Source of the DNA: Hyaloraphidium curvatum SAG 235-1
Lineage: Eukaryota; Fungi; Monoblepharomycota
DNA length: 64,000 nucleotides
NCBI GenBank assembly: GCA_025558095.1
Contig: JAIVFI010000035.1
Location: forward strand, 62,001 to 126,000
Direction: 5' to 3'
Shown here: positions 14,745 through 23,591 of the stretch, piece after piece
Layout of the letters: the number at the start of each line of letters is the position of its first letter
Position numbering within the stretch: the first letter of the stretch is position 1
Made by a program: the position numbers and the translations under genes
The notes under the pieces: generated by a model
The model's input: the letters and a program-made list of their open reading frames with translations, nothing else
Databases searched by the model: none
Told to the model about the DNA's origin: nothing

Positions 14745-17700
14745 TTAGTCACGAATCTCTACAATTCCCATAAGTGCCCTGAAACGTTGAAACTTCTCCC
14801 TTGGTAGCTGTTTGGTGAGCAGATCCGCAAGCTGGTCCTCTGTGTTGATGTACTCCAGCTGTATCTCTCCACTATCAATTTTCTCCCTCACAAAATGGTA
14901 CTGCACTCCAATGTGCTTGGTACGTTCGTGAAAGACAGGATTCTGCGCCAGCTTGATAGCCCCCTCATTGTCCTCCTTGATGACTGTTGGCCCTTGCTGA
15001 GGAAATCCCAATTCCTCCAATAAACTCCTTAGCCACGCAACTTGACGTCCAGCATAAGATAGAGCCATGTACTCGGCCTCTGTTGTTGAAAGAGCCACCA
15101 CTGGTTGCAGTTGCGACTTGTAGATGATAAGACCGTTCCCCATCATCACTACAACCCCAGTTGTTGACTTCCCAGTGTCAAGATCCCCAGCAAAACTGGC
15201 GTCTGCATATCCATGCAATGCTTTGGTCATGTCCAGATTCGGATCCCTCTTGTAAACCAAGCCAAAGTCAGCTGTTCCCTTCAAGTATCTGGTTGTCTTC
15301 TTGACTTGCTCCACTGCTTCACGAGTAGGTGCCATCCCATGACGGCTCTCCGTGATAATAGGTAAGGCAATGTCTGGCCTGGTGAAGTTCATAGCATACA
15401 TCCAACTTCCCACCATTGATCTGAACGGAAAACGTCCGATTTCCTGCTCCTCAGCAGCAGACAACTCCGTCTTCCGTTTCCTGAGCTTCACCCCAACGTC
15501 CATAGGTACAGAAACTGCATTGCAAGTGTCCATTCCGAAGTCCTCCAAGGCTTTCTTGATGTAGTTGGACTGCTTGATTGTGATTGTTCCAGCCTTCTCG
15601 TCCTGCTTGATTTCCAAAGCCAGGAACTTTTTCATGCGACCCATGTAACGTATCTTAATCCGCTTTCCCAGTTCCTCAAGAAATGCAATCGTCCGGTTTT
15701 CGTCCGTTGAGCTACATCCAAAGTCGTCCACATGAATAATCATCAAAAGAAACCAATCATCTTGCCGCAGAAAGTAGATGCAGTACTCCTTTGAGCAACG
15801 TATAAGCCCCATCTCCGTGAGTATCTCGTGCAGGTGTCTGTGCCAAGCACGTGCAGCTTGCACAAGTCCATAAACCGCAACTCCAGGTCGAATTACAGTA
15901 GGTCTTCCATCAGTAAACTCAGGTAAATCCATCCCTTGAGCTGGATACAAGCAAACTTCCTCGTTCTCCTGGAGCTTAGCCTGTAGAAATGCAGCATTTG
16001 CATCAGCCTGATGTACAATCATGTTGTTCTGAGCAGATATCCAAAAGAAAAGCCGTACAGCAGCAGCAGAAGGTACAGGTGCAAAGGATTGACCAAAAGA
16101 AGATGGATCCTGCCAATCACCCCTTGCCACCCATCGAGCCTTGTAGTTTTCCTCCCCCACAATGCTGCCATCAGCTCCAGGTTTGAGGTCAAATACAAAT
16201 TGGCTTCCAACCGCGAATTTTTCCTTGCCCTCAGGCAATCCCATGATGTTGTACGCATCTCTGCTCTTGAAGTTGCCAATCTCACGTTCCATTGCCTTGG
16301 CCCACATCTCACGATCCTCTGAACGCATTGCCTCTGCATAGTTCCGTGGTACACGTGCTCCAGTGCTTGCAGCAAAGATTCCATCCATGTGTGCCATGTC
16401 CTCCCAAGTTGGTAGGTGTCCCTGCCAGTCCAGGTGGTCCTGGACCTCCTCCATCAGGAAATTGATCGATTCCAGCGTGATCACGTTGATCTCCTTCTCG
16501 TTGCTCGTGTTGGGGGCTTTCCACCACTCCCCAGGAGGTCTTGGAGCTCTGCTGGATGACCTTGTAGGAAAAGGTATCTTGGAACCCGTTCCAGCCGCCC
16601 CAGCGCCTCCCTGAGCTCCGCTGCTTGATGAAGATGCTCCTCCAGGCTCCCCACGTTGGTCTGTGGCTTCCCTAGCCGCACGATCACCAGAAAGTTGCGA
16701 TCCACCAACTGCCTTTCCTCCCCCTGGATCGCCACTTCCACTGTTCCCAGAGCCTCTTCCACGAGCCACCAGCTCGTCCTCACTTTCGCTCTGAGCTCGT
16801 TGATCGCGTGACAGACGTAAATCCGCGCCTCGGCTGCCGGAACTTGAAGATTGATGTTGAGTACCTCCAACTTCCAGTCTTTGACCTCCTCCCCCGGCCT
16901 CCTGGCGCTCAGGTTGACGCTGCACACGGTCTCCCTGTGTCCCACGATGCTCCTGGTTGCCGTCGTCGATTGGATCTGCGGAACGGACCCGCCGTGGCGT
17001 CTCCAATGACGCCTCCAATTCCTCAGGCTGCGCCGACTCCTCCACTGCAAGTCGACGGTTCAATACAGCGCTCGGGTCCGCGTCCTCAGGTAGTTTTTCG
17101 ACCGAAACTCCGCTTTCCAGAACCCGCATGTAGCTCTTGAGCGTCTTGTTTGACCAGCGTTCCTCGAAAACGACATCACGTGAGTCAAAAATCCTCCCGG
17201 TCTCAAGATTCTGGACCGTAAATGCCTTCGATCGCGAGCTCATTCCCAGGTAGCGGCATTGTACCGCCTTAGCATCCCATTTGCCGCGCTTATCCTTGTC
17301 GACGATCGCGTAACACGTTTCTCCGAAACGTCGGATGTGGCTAATGTTCGCCCGTCTCCCAGTCAGCAGTTGAAACGGCGTAGACCCTTTCTGCCACGTC
17401 TTTGTATTCGGCAAACGATTGCGCGTATTGATATGATGCTTCAATGCGTATCCCCAAAGCGGCTTCGGCGATTTCGAGTCGATCAGGATGGTCCGGGTCC
17501 CTTCCTCAGCCGTCCGGTTCCGCCGCTCAATGACTTCGTTTTGCGCAGGCCGATTCGTTACCGACGATTCCAACTTGATTCCCTCGTTCTTGCAGTACGC
17601 TTCGAGCCGTTTTGACGAGAATTCACCTCCGGGATCGACCCGCATGCATCCGACCTTTAGGCTGAACTGGTTCTTCACCCACTCGGCAAAGTGCATCATC

Positions 17701-19649
17701 CAGTCCTCCGCCTCCGATTTGTGCTTCAATAGGAACGCAAACTCCGCAGAAGTGTACTCGTCGACTGCATGCAATGCCCAGCGTTCTCCATGCACCGTTG
17801 CAACGTCCGATTGTATCAGGTCCCAGTGAGTCAGCTCAAACGGCCGCGAGACTTTCCGCTCCGACTCCGGATAGGGCAACTGATGCATCTTCCCCATCAC
17901 GCACTCCTTACAGAAGTTGTTGTGGTTTCCAGCAAACACGTACTCCTCCAATCCATCCACAATCCCAGCCTGTTGAACCTTCCTGAGTGCCGCGATCGGG
18001 TAGTGCCCGCAGCGCCCATGCGCAATCTCCGCGCTCAAATCCCCTTCCTGAGCACTCAGCATGATCTGTTCGTCATGCTCGTTGAGGATTTCCGCGTTGA
18101 GATAGTAAACGTGACGATCTATGCGGCAAGTGCCCCGCACGTCGCCGCCCTTGGTGATGGCCCCTCCATCCGGACCCAGAAGCGTGTAGTATCCCATCTG
18201 CCCCAGTCTCCCAATCGAAATGAGCGTTGCAGGAAGATCTTTGATGAAAAGCACATCTTCCAGGGTGACGATGTCGCCAGAATTGGTGAGCTTGATCTTG
18301 AGCTTTCCGACTTCGATCGCACGCGCGATCCCTTTTCCCATTCGAACATCAACTGCATCGCACGGCTTGATGCCGTAGAGCAGTTCCCTGATTCCCGTCG
18401 CGTGCACGGACGCGCCGCTATCCCCCATCAGCCTGCCGCGCATCTCCTGGCCCGTCTTCGCCGCGTGCACGACGTGTTCCGGGGGTTTTTCGTATCCACC
18501 GTCCCCCGTCGTCTCCCCATCGTTTCCCTCGATTCCGCCCTCCATCATGAACAGGAACGCGCCGAATCGATCTTCCAGATCGGGGAGATCGCCCAGGGTG
18601 AGCGTGTTCTGCTGCTCTCGTGCCGTTTTCCCATCGTCCTTCCTCCAGCACACGGCCTCGAGATGACCGTCCTTTCCGCACTTGTTGCAGGTTTTGTCAC
18701 GATGGGTGCAGTCCTTCTTGACGTGTCCACCCTTCCCGCAGCAGAGGCACGTGATTCCCGAGCCGTTTTCGCCCTCCGCCGTGGCCTGCCGACCCCCGCG
18801 ATTTCCGAACCCTCGCCCGCGACCCCTTGAACCCCCGCGGTCACCTCCATGGCCACCCCGTGATCCTCCGCGATCCCTGCCACGGTTTAGAGCGTACATC
18901 AACGTGTTTGGAGCGGGATTCACGGTTATGTTGGCTGCCCCAGGTGAGTACGTATCACCATTTTGCTCAGCTCGCTTGATCATAGTCTCCTCTTCCATCT
19001 CCATCCTCTTCTGAAGGTATGCAACGTTCAAGATAGGGTGTTTCTTCACTCCATTTTCAGTCTTCCACTCGTGTTTGGTCTGTGCTCCCAGCCAAATGCC
19101 GTCAATCTCGGCCCGAACTTGATCGAACTCAGGTAGGTCCTTCAGGACTTTCCTCCAGATGCTCATATCATCGTCATCTCCCTTCAGCTTTCCCAGTGCT
19201 TCAACTTCCATCTTTTTCTGCATGAAGCGGGTAAAATTCGGAGCCACCCGGTCGGTTTTGATGAACTCAAAGCTGTAGTACTGGACCTCGGCGTTCCCTT
19301 GCTGCGCCACATTTTCCGTCACGAAACGCTTCTCTAGGTAGTCCCAGATGTCCTTAGCAGTGTCCATCCTGCTGCAGATCCTTTTGAGACCAATAGAGAG
19401 TGATCCTACCAGGATCCCTTGAGCTTTCTGGTCCTTCGTGTTCCAGGCTGACAAATCATCTTCCGTCTTTCCTCCCTGCCCTACCACGGGCTTTGCCACC
19501 TTTCCAGTCACAATTTGCCAGTCACTCTCCCTCTGGAGCTTGGCCTTGATGTCAATTAACCAATCCTGGTAATTGGTTTGTGATCCGGTTTCCTCGAGCT
19601 TGGCCCCCCCAAACAATGCCACACGGGTTCCTCCGACCGAAATCTCCAT
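14745..19649 (-). CDS. copia Gag-Pol polyprotein (Gag, 2 CCHC knuckles, PR, IN, RT, RNase H), 1634 aa
   Basis: CLCCGKGGHVKKDC; DSGAS protease; HGRCGH..CKEC; HWD/RVDPGGEF/NEVIER integrase DDE; KARWVARG; HVDD; YADA..EAEY..EDN RNase H. Domain order PR-IN-RT-RH. Confidence 0.97.
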   Translation of the reverse strand: MEISVGGTRVALFGGAKLEETGSQTNYQDWLIDIKAKLQRESDWQIVTGKVAKPVVGQGGKTEDDLSAWNTKDQKAQGILVGSLSIGLKRICSRMDTAKDIWDYLEKRFVTENVAQQGNAEVQYYSFEFIKTDRVAPNFTRFMQKKMEVEALGKLKGDDDDMSIWRKVLKDLPEFDQVRAEIDGIWLGAQTKHEWKTENGVKKHPILNVAYLQKRMEMEEETMIKRAEQNGDTYSPGAANITVNPAPNTLMYALNRGRDRGGSRGGHGGDRGGSRGRGRGFGNRGGRQATAEGENGSGITCLCCGKGGHVKKDCTHRDKTCNKCGKDGHLEAVCWRKDDGKTAREQQNTLTLGDLPDLEDRFGAFLFMMEGGIEGNDGETTGDGGYEKPPEHVVHAAKTGQEMRGRLMGDSGASVHATGIRELLYGIKPCDAVDVRMGKGIARAIEVGKLKIKLTNSGDIVTLEDVLFIKDLPATLISIGRLGQMGYYTLLGPDGGAITKGGDVRGTCRIDRHVYYLNAEILNEHDEQIMLSAQEGDLSAEIAHGRCGHYPIAALRKVQQAGIVDGLEEYVFAGNHNNFCKECVMGKMHQLPYPESERKVSRPFELTHWDLIQSDVATVHGERWALHAVDEYTSAEFAFLLKHKSEAEDWMMHFAEWVKNQFSLKVGCMRVDPGGEFSSKRLEAYCKNEGIKLESSVTNRPAQNEVIERRNRTAEEGTRTILIDSKSPKPLWGYALKHHINTRNRLPNTKTWQKGSTPFQLLTGRRANISHIRRFGETCYAIVDKDKRGKWDAKAVQCRYLGMSSRSKAFTVQNLETGRIFDSRDVVFEERWSNKTLKSYMRVLESGVSVEKLPEDADPSAVLNRRLAVEESAQPEELEASLETPRRVRSADPIDDGNQEHRGTQGDRVQRQPERQEAGGGGQRLEVGGTQHQSSSSGSRGADLRLSRDQRAQSESEDELVARGRGSGNSGSGDPGGGKAVGGSQLSGDRAAREATDQRGEPGGASSSSSGAQGGAGAAGTGSKIPFPTRSSSRAPRPPGEWWKAPNTSNEKEINVITLESINFLMEEVQDHLDWQGHLPTWEDMAHMDGIFAASTGARVPRNYAEAMRSEDREMWAKAMEREIGNFKSRDAYNIMGLPEGKEKFAVGSQFVFDLKPGADGSIVGEENYKARWVARGDWQDPSSFGQSFAPVPSAAAVRLFFWISAQNNMIVHQADANAAFLQAKLQENEEVCLYPAQGMDLPEFTDGRPTVIRPGVAVYGLVQAARAWHRHLHEILTEMGLIRCSKEYCIYFLRQDDWFLLMIIHVDDFGCSSTDENRTIAFLEELGKRIKIRYMGRMKKFLALEIKQDEKAGTITIKQSNYIKKALEDFGMDTCNAVSVPMDVGVKLRKRKTELSAAEEQEIGRFPFRSMVGSWMYAMNFTRPDIALPIITESRHGMAPTREAVEQVKKTTRYLKGTADFGLVYKRDPNLDMTKALHGYADASFAGDLDTGKSTTGVVVMMGNGLIIYKSQLQPVVALSTTEAEYMALSYAGRQVAWLRSLLEELGFPQQGPTVIKEDNEGAIKLAQNPVFHERTKHIGVQYHFVREKIDSGEIQLEYINTEDQLADLLTKQLPREKFQRFRALMGIVEIRD

Positions 19650-19823
19650 CCCGGCCGCCGCAGCACCTCTAGTGCTTCACGCGCTCTTTCTAGCGCCCAC
19701 TGAGTCCACCCAGGCGGTCCTGGAGACCAGACTCAGCTGGATGCGGTCCCCTCGGCTGGTTGCGCCACACGCAACTTCAAAGCCGCGCAAAAGTGTTCTG
19801 GACACCCTTTGGGCTCATAGACC

Positions 19824-20047
19824 TGTTGGAGTGGCTATGGGGCGTGGGGAAGACGTAGCCCCAGTGGTCTGAACCGGGTCAGAACTCAGATGGACGGGAT
19901 GGGGAGAGGGACAGTTTCACGTTGACCCGTTGTCCATTCCCTTGCGATGACAAGTCCCTAGATGACCCCTCCGGTCGTACCCAAGTATCCCCACACGCCA
20001 ATAGACTCCCTATTGATACAGAATCGTAGCAACGATCCATTCCAACA
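19824..20047 (-). repeat. copia 5' LTR (224 bp)
   Basis: Adjacent to the PBS at 19811-19823. Confidence 0.97.
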
Positions 20048-20283
20048 TGTCGACCCCGCTTATTCGACCACCAAGGGCTTTGCCCGCGCTCGGTTCGTCA
20101 AGACCGTACGGGTGTCCGTGTCGACCCCTGCAACGTTCCACACGGGTTTGCTTGTCCTCCAGAGAACAATGAGGAACGAATGAAGTGCATGGAAGCTTGG
20201 TTGGATGCGGTCAGTGAGCAAGCTATGGAGCAGGCAGTCTGCGGGTCGTGTGCACGTCTCTGCTTCAAACGTCATTCCACCAC

Positions 20284-20759
20284 TGCGACGGTCCGGGTCG
20301 GAACCGGGCCTGAAGCTCTAACCCGGCGCGCGAATCCCGCTCGGCTCTTCGGGTCGGATAGGCCCTGAATATGAATAAGCGAACAGCGCTGAAGATACTT
20401 GACTGTAGCCGGGGGAAAGAGGTTACGGGATGTCTCCCGGGGTGCGTCCCAAGGGCTCTCAGAACGAGGATCCGGCCGGGCGGGGTTCCGCACGGTGGTC
20501 GAACGACACGGAGAGCACGTAGAGTCAACTGGCGATCAAGATTGTACTGTTACATGTCCCGCTCTTTATATATCCCAGGAGGGTGGCTGTGCCGAGTCAC
20601 TTGCGAGTCGCTCGCGAGTCGCTCGCGAGTGACTCGCGAGTCACTCGCGAGTCGATCGCGAGTCGATCACGAGTCGATCGCGAGGACCGACGCCTCCACG
20701 CCTCCGAACCGAAAATGAAAATACCCTTGTCCGAATGTCAGACGTCCTGTACCTTCGCA
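20284..20759 (-). repeat. gypsy 3' LTR with 11-bp GTCNCTCGCGA array (20593-20684) and TATA box (20565-20573)
   Basis: Direct repeat of 25469-25944. Confidence 0.95.
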
Positions 20760-20901
20760 CCCCCCCACCCAAAAGAAGGCGCCGCCCTCGGCGCCACGAA
20801 ATCGAAGATCCTCCGCGGAGTGACGTCATGCTTGCAGTAGAAGATGTTGAAGGCCGAGGTGGAGACAACAGATGTTGGAGAGTGTAGGGCCGAAGGGTGG
20901 C

Positions 20902-22167
20902 TTAGGCGTCCTCAAAGTCGACGTCGGCGTCCGCCTCGTCGTCGCTCGGCGGCGGGGCGCGGAGCCGGCGGGTAAAGCCGAGAGCGAAGGCGGCATGCAC
21001 GGCTGAGCCGTCCGCGGCCGAGGGGGTGTAGACCGGGGGCATGGTCGACTTGTAGGGAGCGGCCGGGATGTCGTCGTACAGGGCGGCCAAGAGGCCGTCG
21101 TCCTGCGAGACGATGGAGGAGGCGTCGCTGCTGGACACGCTCTCGGGGCGAGGAGCTGGAGGTTGCATATCCCCAGCCTCATCGTCGGAGGTGACGAGGT
21201 CCTCGTCCTTGACGCGGCCGACCGGCGTGGAGGTGACCACGGCGGGCGTCGTTTGCCCCGCCAGGGGAGCCACTTGATTGCCGAGGAAGCGACGCAGGAG
21301 GGCCCGTTGCTCGTCGGCGGTCTTGGTGAAGTGCTCGCGCTGCGCGTTCAGGCCGGCCGTGAGGAGCGTGGTGTGGTCTTGAGCTGAAAGCATGAGCTGC
21401 TTGTGCTGCTCCGACCCAAATCGCTGCAGATGGGCCGCCAGGACGCTCTTGAGGTCGGCCGCAAACTCCGCCATGGGGCCATTGTTGTGACGGGCGAGAT
21501 TGGTCTCGACGACGGTCTCGATGGTGGTTTCGAGGTTGGTCCCGGTCTGAGCAACCAGCCCGGCGAGGGAAGAGCCGAACTCCCTCAACTCCTCGATGGT
21601 AGCTTCGTCCACCAGGAGAATGCCGTTGAAGTTCTGACGTTGAGCCTCGAGCACCAACGCAAGCCGGTCGAGCTGCGTCTCGATGGCACCGAGACGAGCG
21701 TCGTCGGTCCGGCGCAAGGCGGTGACGGCGAACTCAAGTTCGCGGTGGCGGCCACTGAGGACCACCTGGAGCTCGTCACGCTGCTGGCGGATCTGGGCGT
21801 CCAGGCGGGCCTCTTGCTGCTCGAGCGTCGCCGTTACGCGGTCAAGAGCGTGCTGCTCCAGGTTGCCGACATTGACGAGGGTGTTGAGCACCGGGTGGAG
21901 TGCGTCGAGGGCTGCGCGGATGGGCATGACCGCGGAGAAGGCGGCCTGCTCGACCTTGTGCAAGTGGGCCGTCGTCTGGGAGTGTCTGACGTCGAGGTCG
22001 GCCCGGAGGTCGTCCAGCCGGGTCGAGAGGGAGGCAAGCGCCGACCGATAGTCCGGGGGTACGACGCCAGGCAACGCAGCGACGGGCGCAGTCGCCGGCG
22101 GCGGCGCCGTGGCCACATGCGGCCGGCGGGGCCGCAGGTTGTGGCCGGCAGTCGTGGGGGTCGCCAT
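20902..22167 (-). CDS. Accessory ORF (421 aa, long coiled coil) downstream of pol in the gypsy element
   Basis: ATG start, heptad-rich helical sequence, no TM segment or signal peptide. Preceded by a TATA-like motif and the repeat array. Confidence 0.7.
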   Translation of the reverse strand: MATPTTAGHNLRPRRPHVATAPPPATAPVAALPGVVPPDYRSALASLSTRLDDLRADLDVRHSQTTAHLHKVEQAAFSAVMPIRAALDALHPVLNTLVNVGNLEQHALDRVTATLEQQEARLDAQIRQQRDELQVVLSGRHRELEFAVTALRRTDDARLGAIETQLDRLALVLEAQRQNFNGILLVDEATIEELREFGSSLAGLVAQTGTNLETTIETVVETNLARHNNGPMAEFAADLKSVLAAHLQRFGSEQHKQLMLSAQDHTTLLTAGLNAQREHFTKTADEQRALLRRFLGNQVAPLAGQTTPAVVTSTPVGRVKDEDLVTSDDEAGDMQPPAPRPESVSSSDASSIVSQDDGLLAALYDDIPAAPYKSTMPPVYTPSAADGSAVHAAFALGFTRRLRAPPPSDDEADADVDFEDA

Positions 22168-22236
22168 GGGAGACGGTAGCGGCGAGGTCGACGTTGGGTG
22201 CGTAGTCCGCGGCCGCGGCCTCCTGTGGTCCGCCGC

Positions 22237-22395
22237 TTATATGGTGCGAAGCGCAGGCAACTCGCGAGTGCATCGCAAGTCGCTCGCGAGTGACTTGCGA
22301 GCGACTCGCGAGTGACTCGCGAGTCACTTGCGAGTCAACCGCGAGCCAACCGCGAGTCAACCGCGAGTCAACTGCGAGTCGAGTCGACCGCGAGT
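22237..22395. promoter_or_regulatory. Internal copy of the LTR-type (C)TCGCGAG 11-bp array plus TATA; candidate bidirectional promoter
   Basis: ~12 degenerate units matching the LTR array, with ATATAA on the - strand at 22237-22242. Lies between two divergent ORFs. Confidence 0.6.
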
Positions 22396-22535
22396 TCGCC
22401 CGCACACCGGGTCACCAGTCCCCGCCACGGGGGACGGGGCGCGAGCGAGGGCCGTACGCCATTGCGTCGACGAAAGCGCTCGCGGGGGATCGCGACGTAG
22501 GGTCCAGAAGAGCTGGGGGGATCTCCGCGCCTGTC

Positions 22536-23521
22536 ATGAGTGCGGAGCTGCCGAACGTCGTCCCGCCGAGTTCGTGGTTCGAGGTTCGGTTGCCGACCTT
22601 CGACGTCCTGCTGTGCACCAAGGTAAGAGCGTAGCGGCGTGGTCCTCGAACGGGAGCTCAGCGCCGCGCCAGGAGGACGACGTGGTCGACTGCTTCCTGC
22701 AACTGGTGCGTCTGGCCGCCATGCGCGGGATGTTGCCGCTGGCCGAAGAGGCTGGGAACGTCGTTGTCGAGGTCCGAGTGCTCCGTCGGCTCGTCGCCGA
22801 GCTGCGCGAGGCCGGCGGGACCGCCAAGCTGCGCGAGGCTGGCGGGGCCAGAGGCAACGACCCGATCGCGGCCGCGGCCGCAACCCGGACCTCCGGCGTC
22901 TTCCTGCCGGCGATGTCGTCGAAGGGTGCGCCTTCCGTCGGCGAGGGCGAGTCGGCGGCGGACTCGAGGGAGGAGCTCGAGGCGGCCGACGAAGTCCCCG
23001 TGCTGTCAGTCACGCTTCATGCGCCCTCTTGGGAGCTGGACCACTTAGGCGACTTCGAGGCCGCCACTGAACAAGGGAGCGCCTTCCAGACGGCCCAAAC
23101 GGCAACTTCAGGTAAAGACGAGGGGCATGTGGTGCAGCGCGGGGAGGCCCGGGAGCAGATTGCGCAGGTGAACGGCTCGACGGGAGTACGCCCCACAAGC
23201 GCTGATCGTCACTGAATGTGCCAGATGAAGAAGTCGTCGCCGGTCTGGGGCTTGAAGGCGGAACGGGTGACGAAGAAGGTCCCTGATGCCGTGCCGGCAG
23301 GCTCCTTCCTCCGATGGAAGATTGCCGGAACGTACGCCGGCGAACTGTACCGGAGCCCCACCAAGGGCGAAGTGGCGGTATGCTCGTTCCCGTGGTGCCA
23401 TCTGGTAAAGCACAAGGCTAAGGGCCTCCTGGGCAATCTGAACACGCATTTTCAGTCCGGGTATCACAAGTTGGCGTTCGAGGGGGTCGAGGATAGGCTC
23501 GAGGTAGTACGTCGGGTTTGA
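22536..23521 (+). CDS. Antisense, intron-containing gene with C-terminal C2H2-like zinc finger inside the gypsy element
   Basis: Predicted introns 22623-22672 (GTAAG..CAG) and 23168-23224 (GTGAA..CAG) join three open frames. C-terminal CSFPWC...NLNTHFQSGYH. Confidence 0.55.
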
Positions 23522-23591
23522 GTCAGTGAAAAGCCGGGGATCGGAGCACAGAGATGGTAGTGCTGTGACCGGATAGACGTCGTTGGTGTTA

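Larger units (their letters stand above)
14473..20047 (-). mobile_element. Full-length Ty1/copia LTR retrotransposon
   Basis: Two identical 224-bp LTRs (TGTTGG...CCAACA), 5-bp TSD TGTCG (14468-14472 / 20048-20052), PBS GGTCTATGAGCCC and PPT GAGGGGGAG. Confidence 0.97.

Noticed and set aside
20902-22167. Retroviral env gene
   Set aside because: It sits in the env position but has no signal peptide, furin site or TM anchor.
22259-22395. Repeat array as a CRISPR
   Set aside because: Contiguous 11-bp units without unique spacers, no cas genes, and a eukaryotic LTR context.
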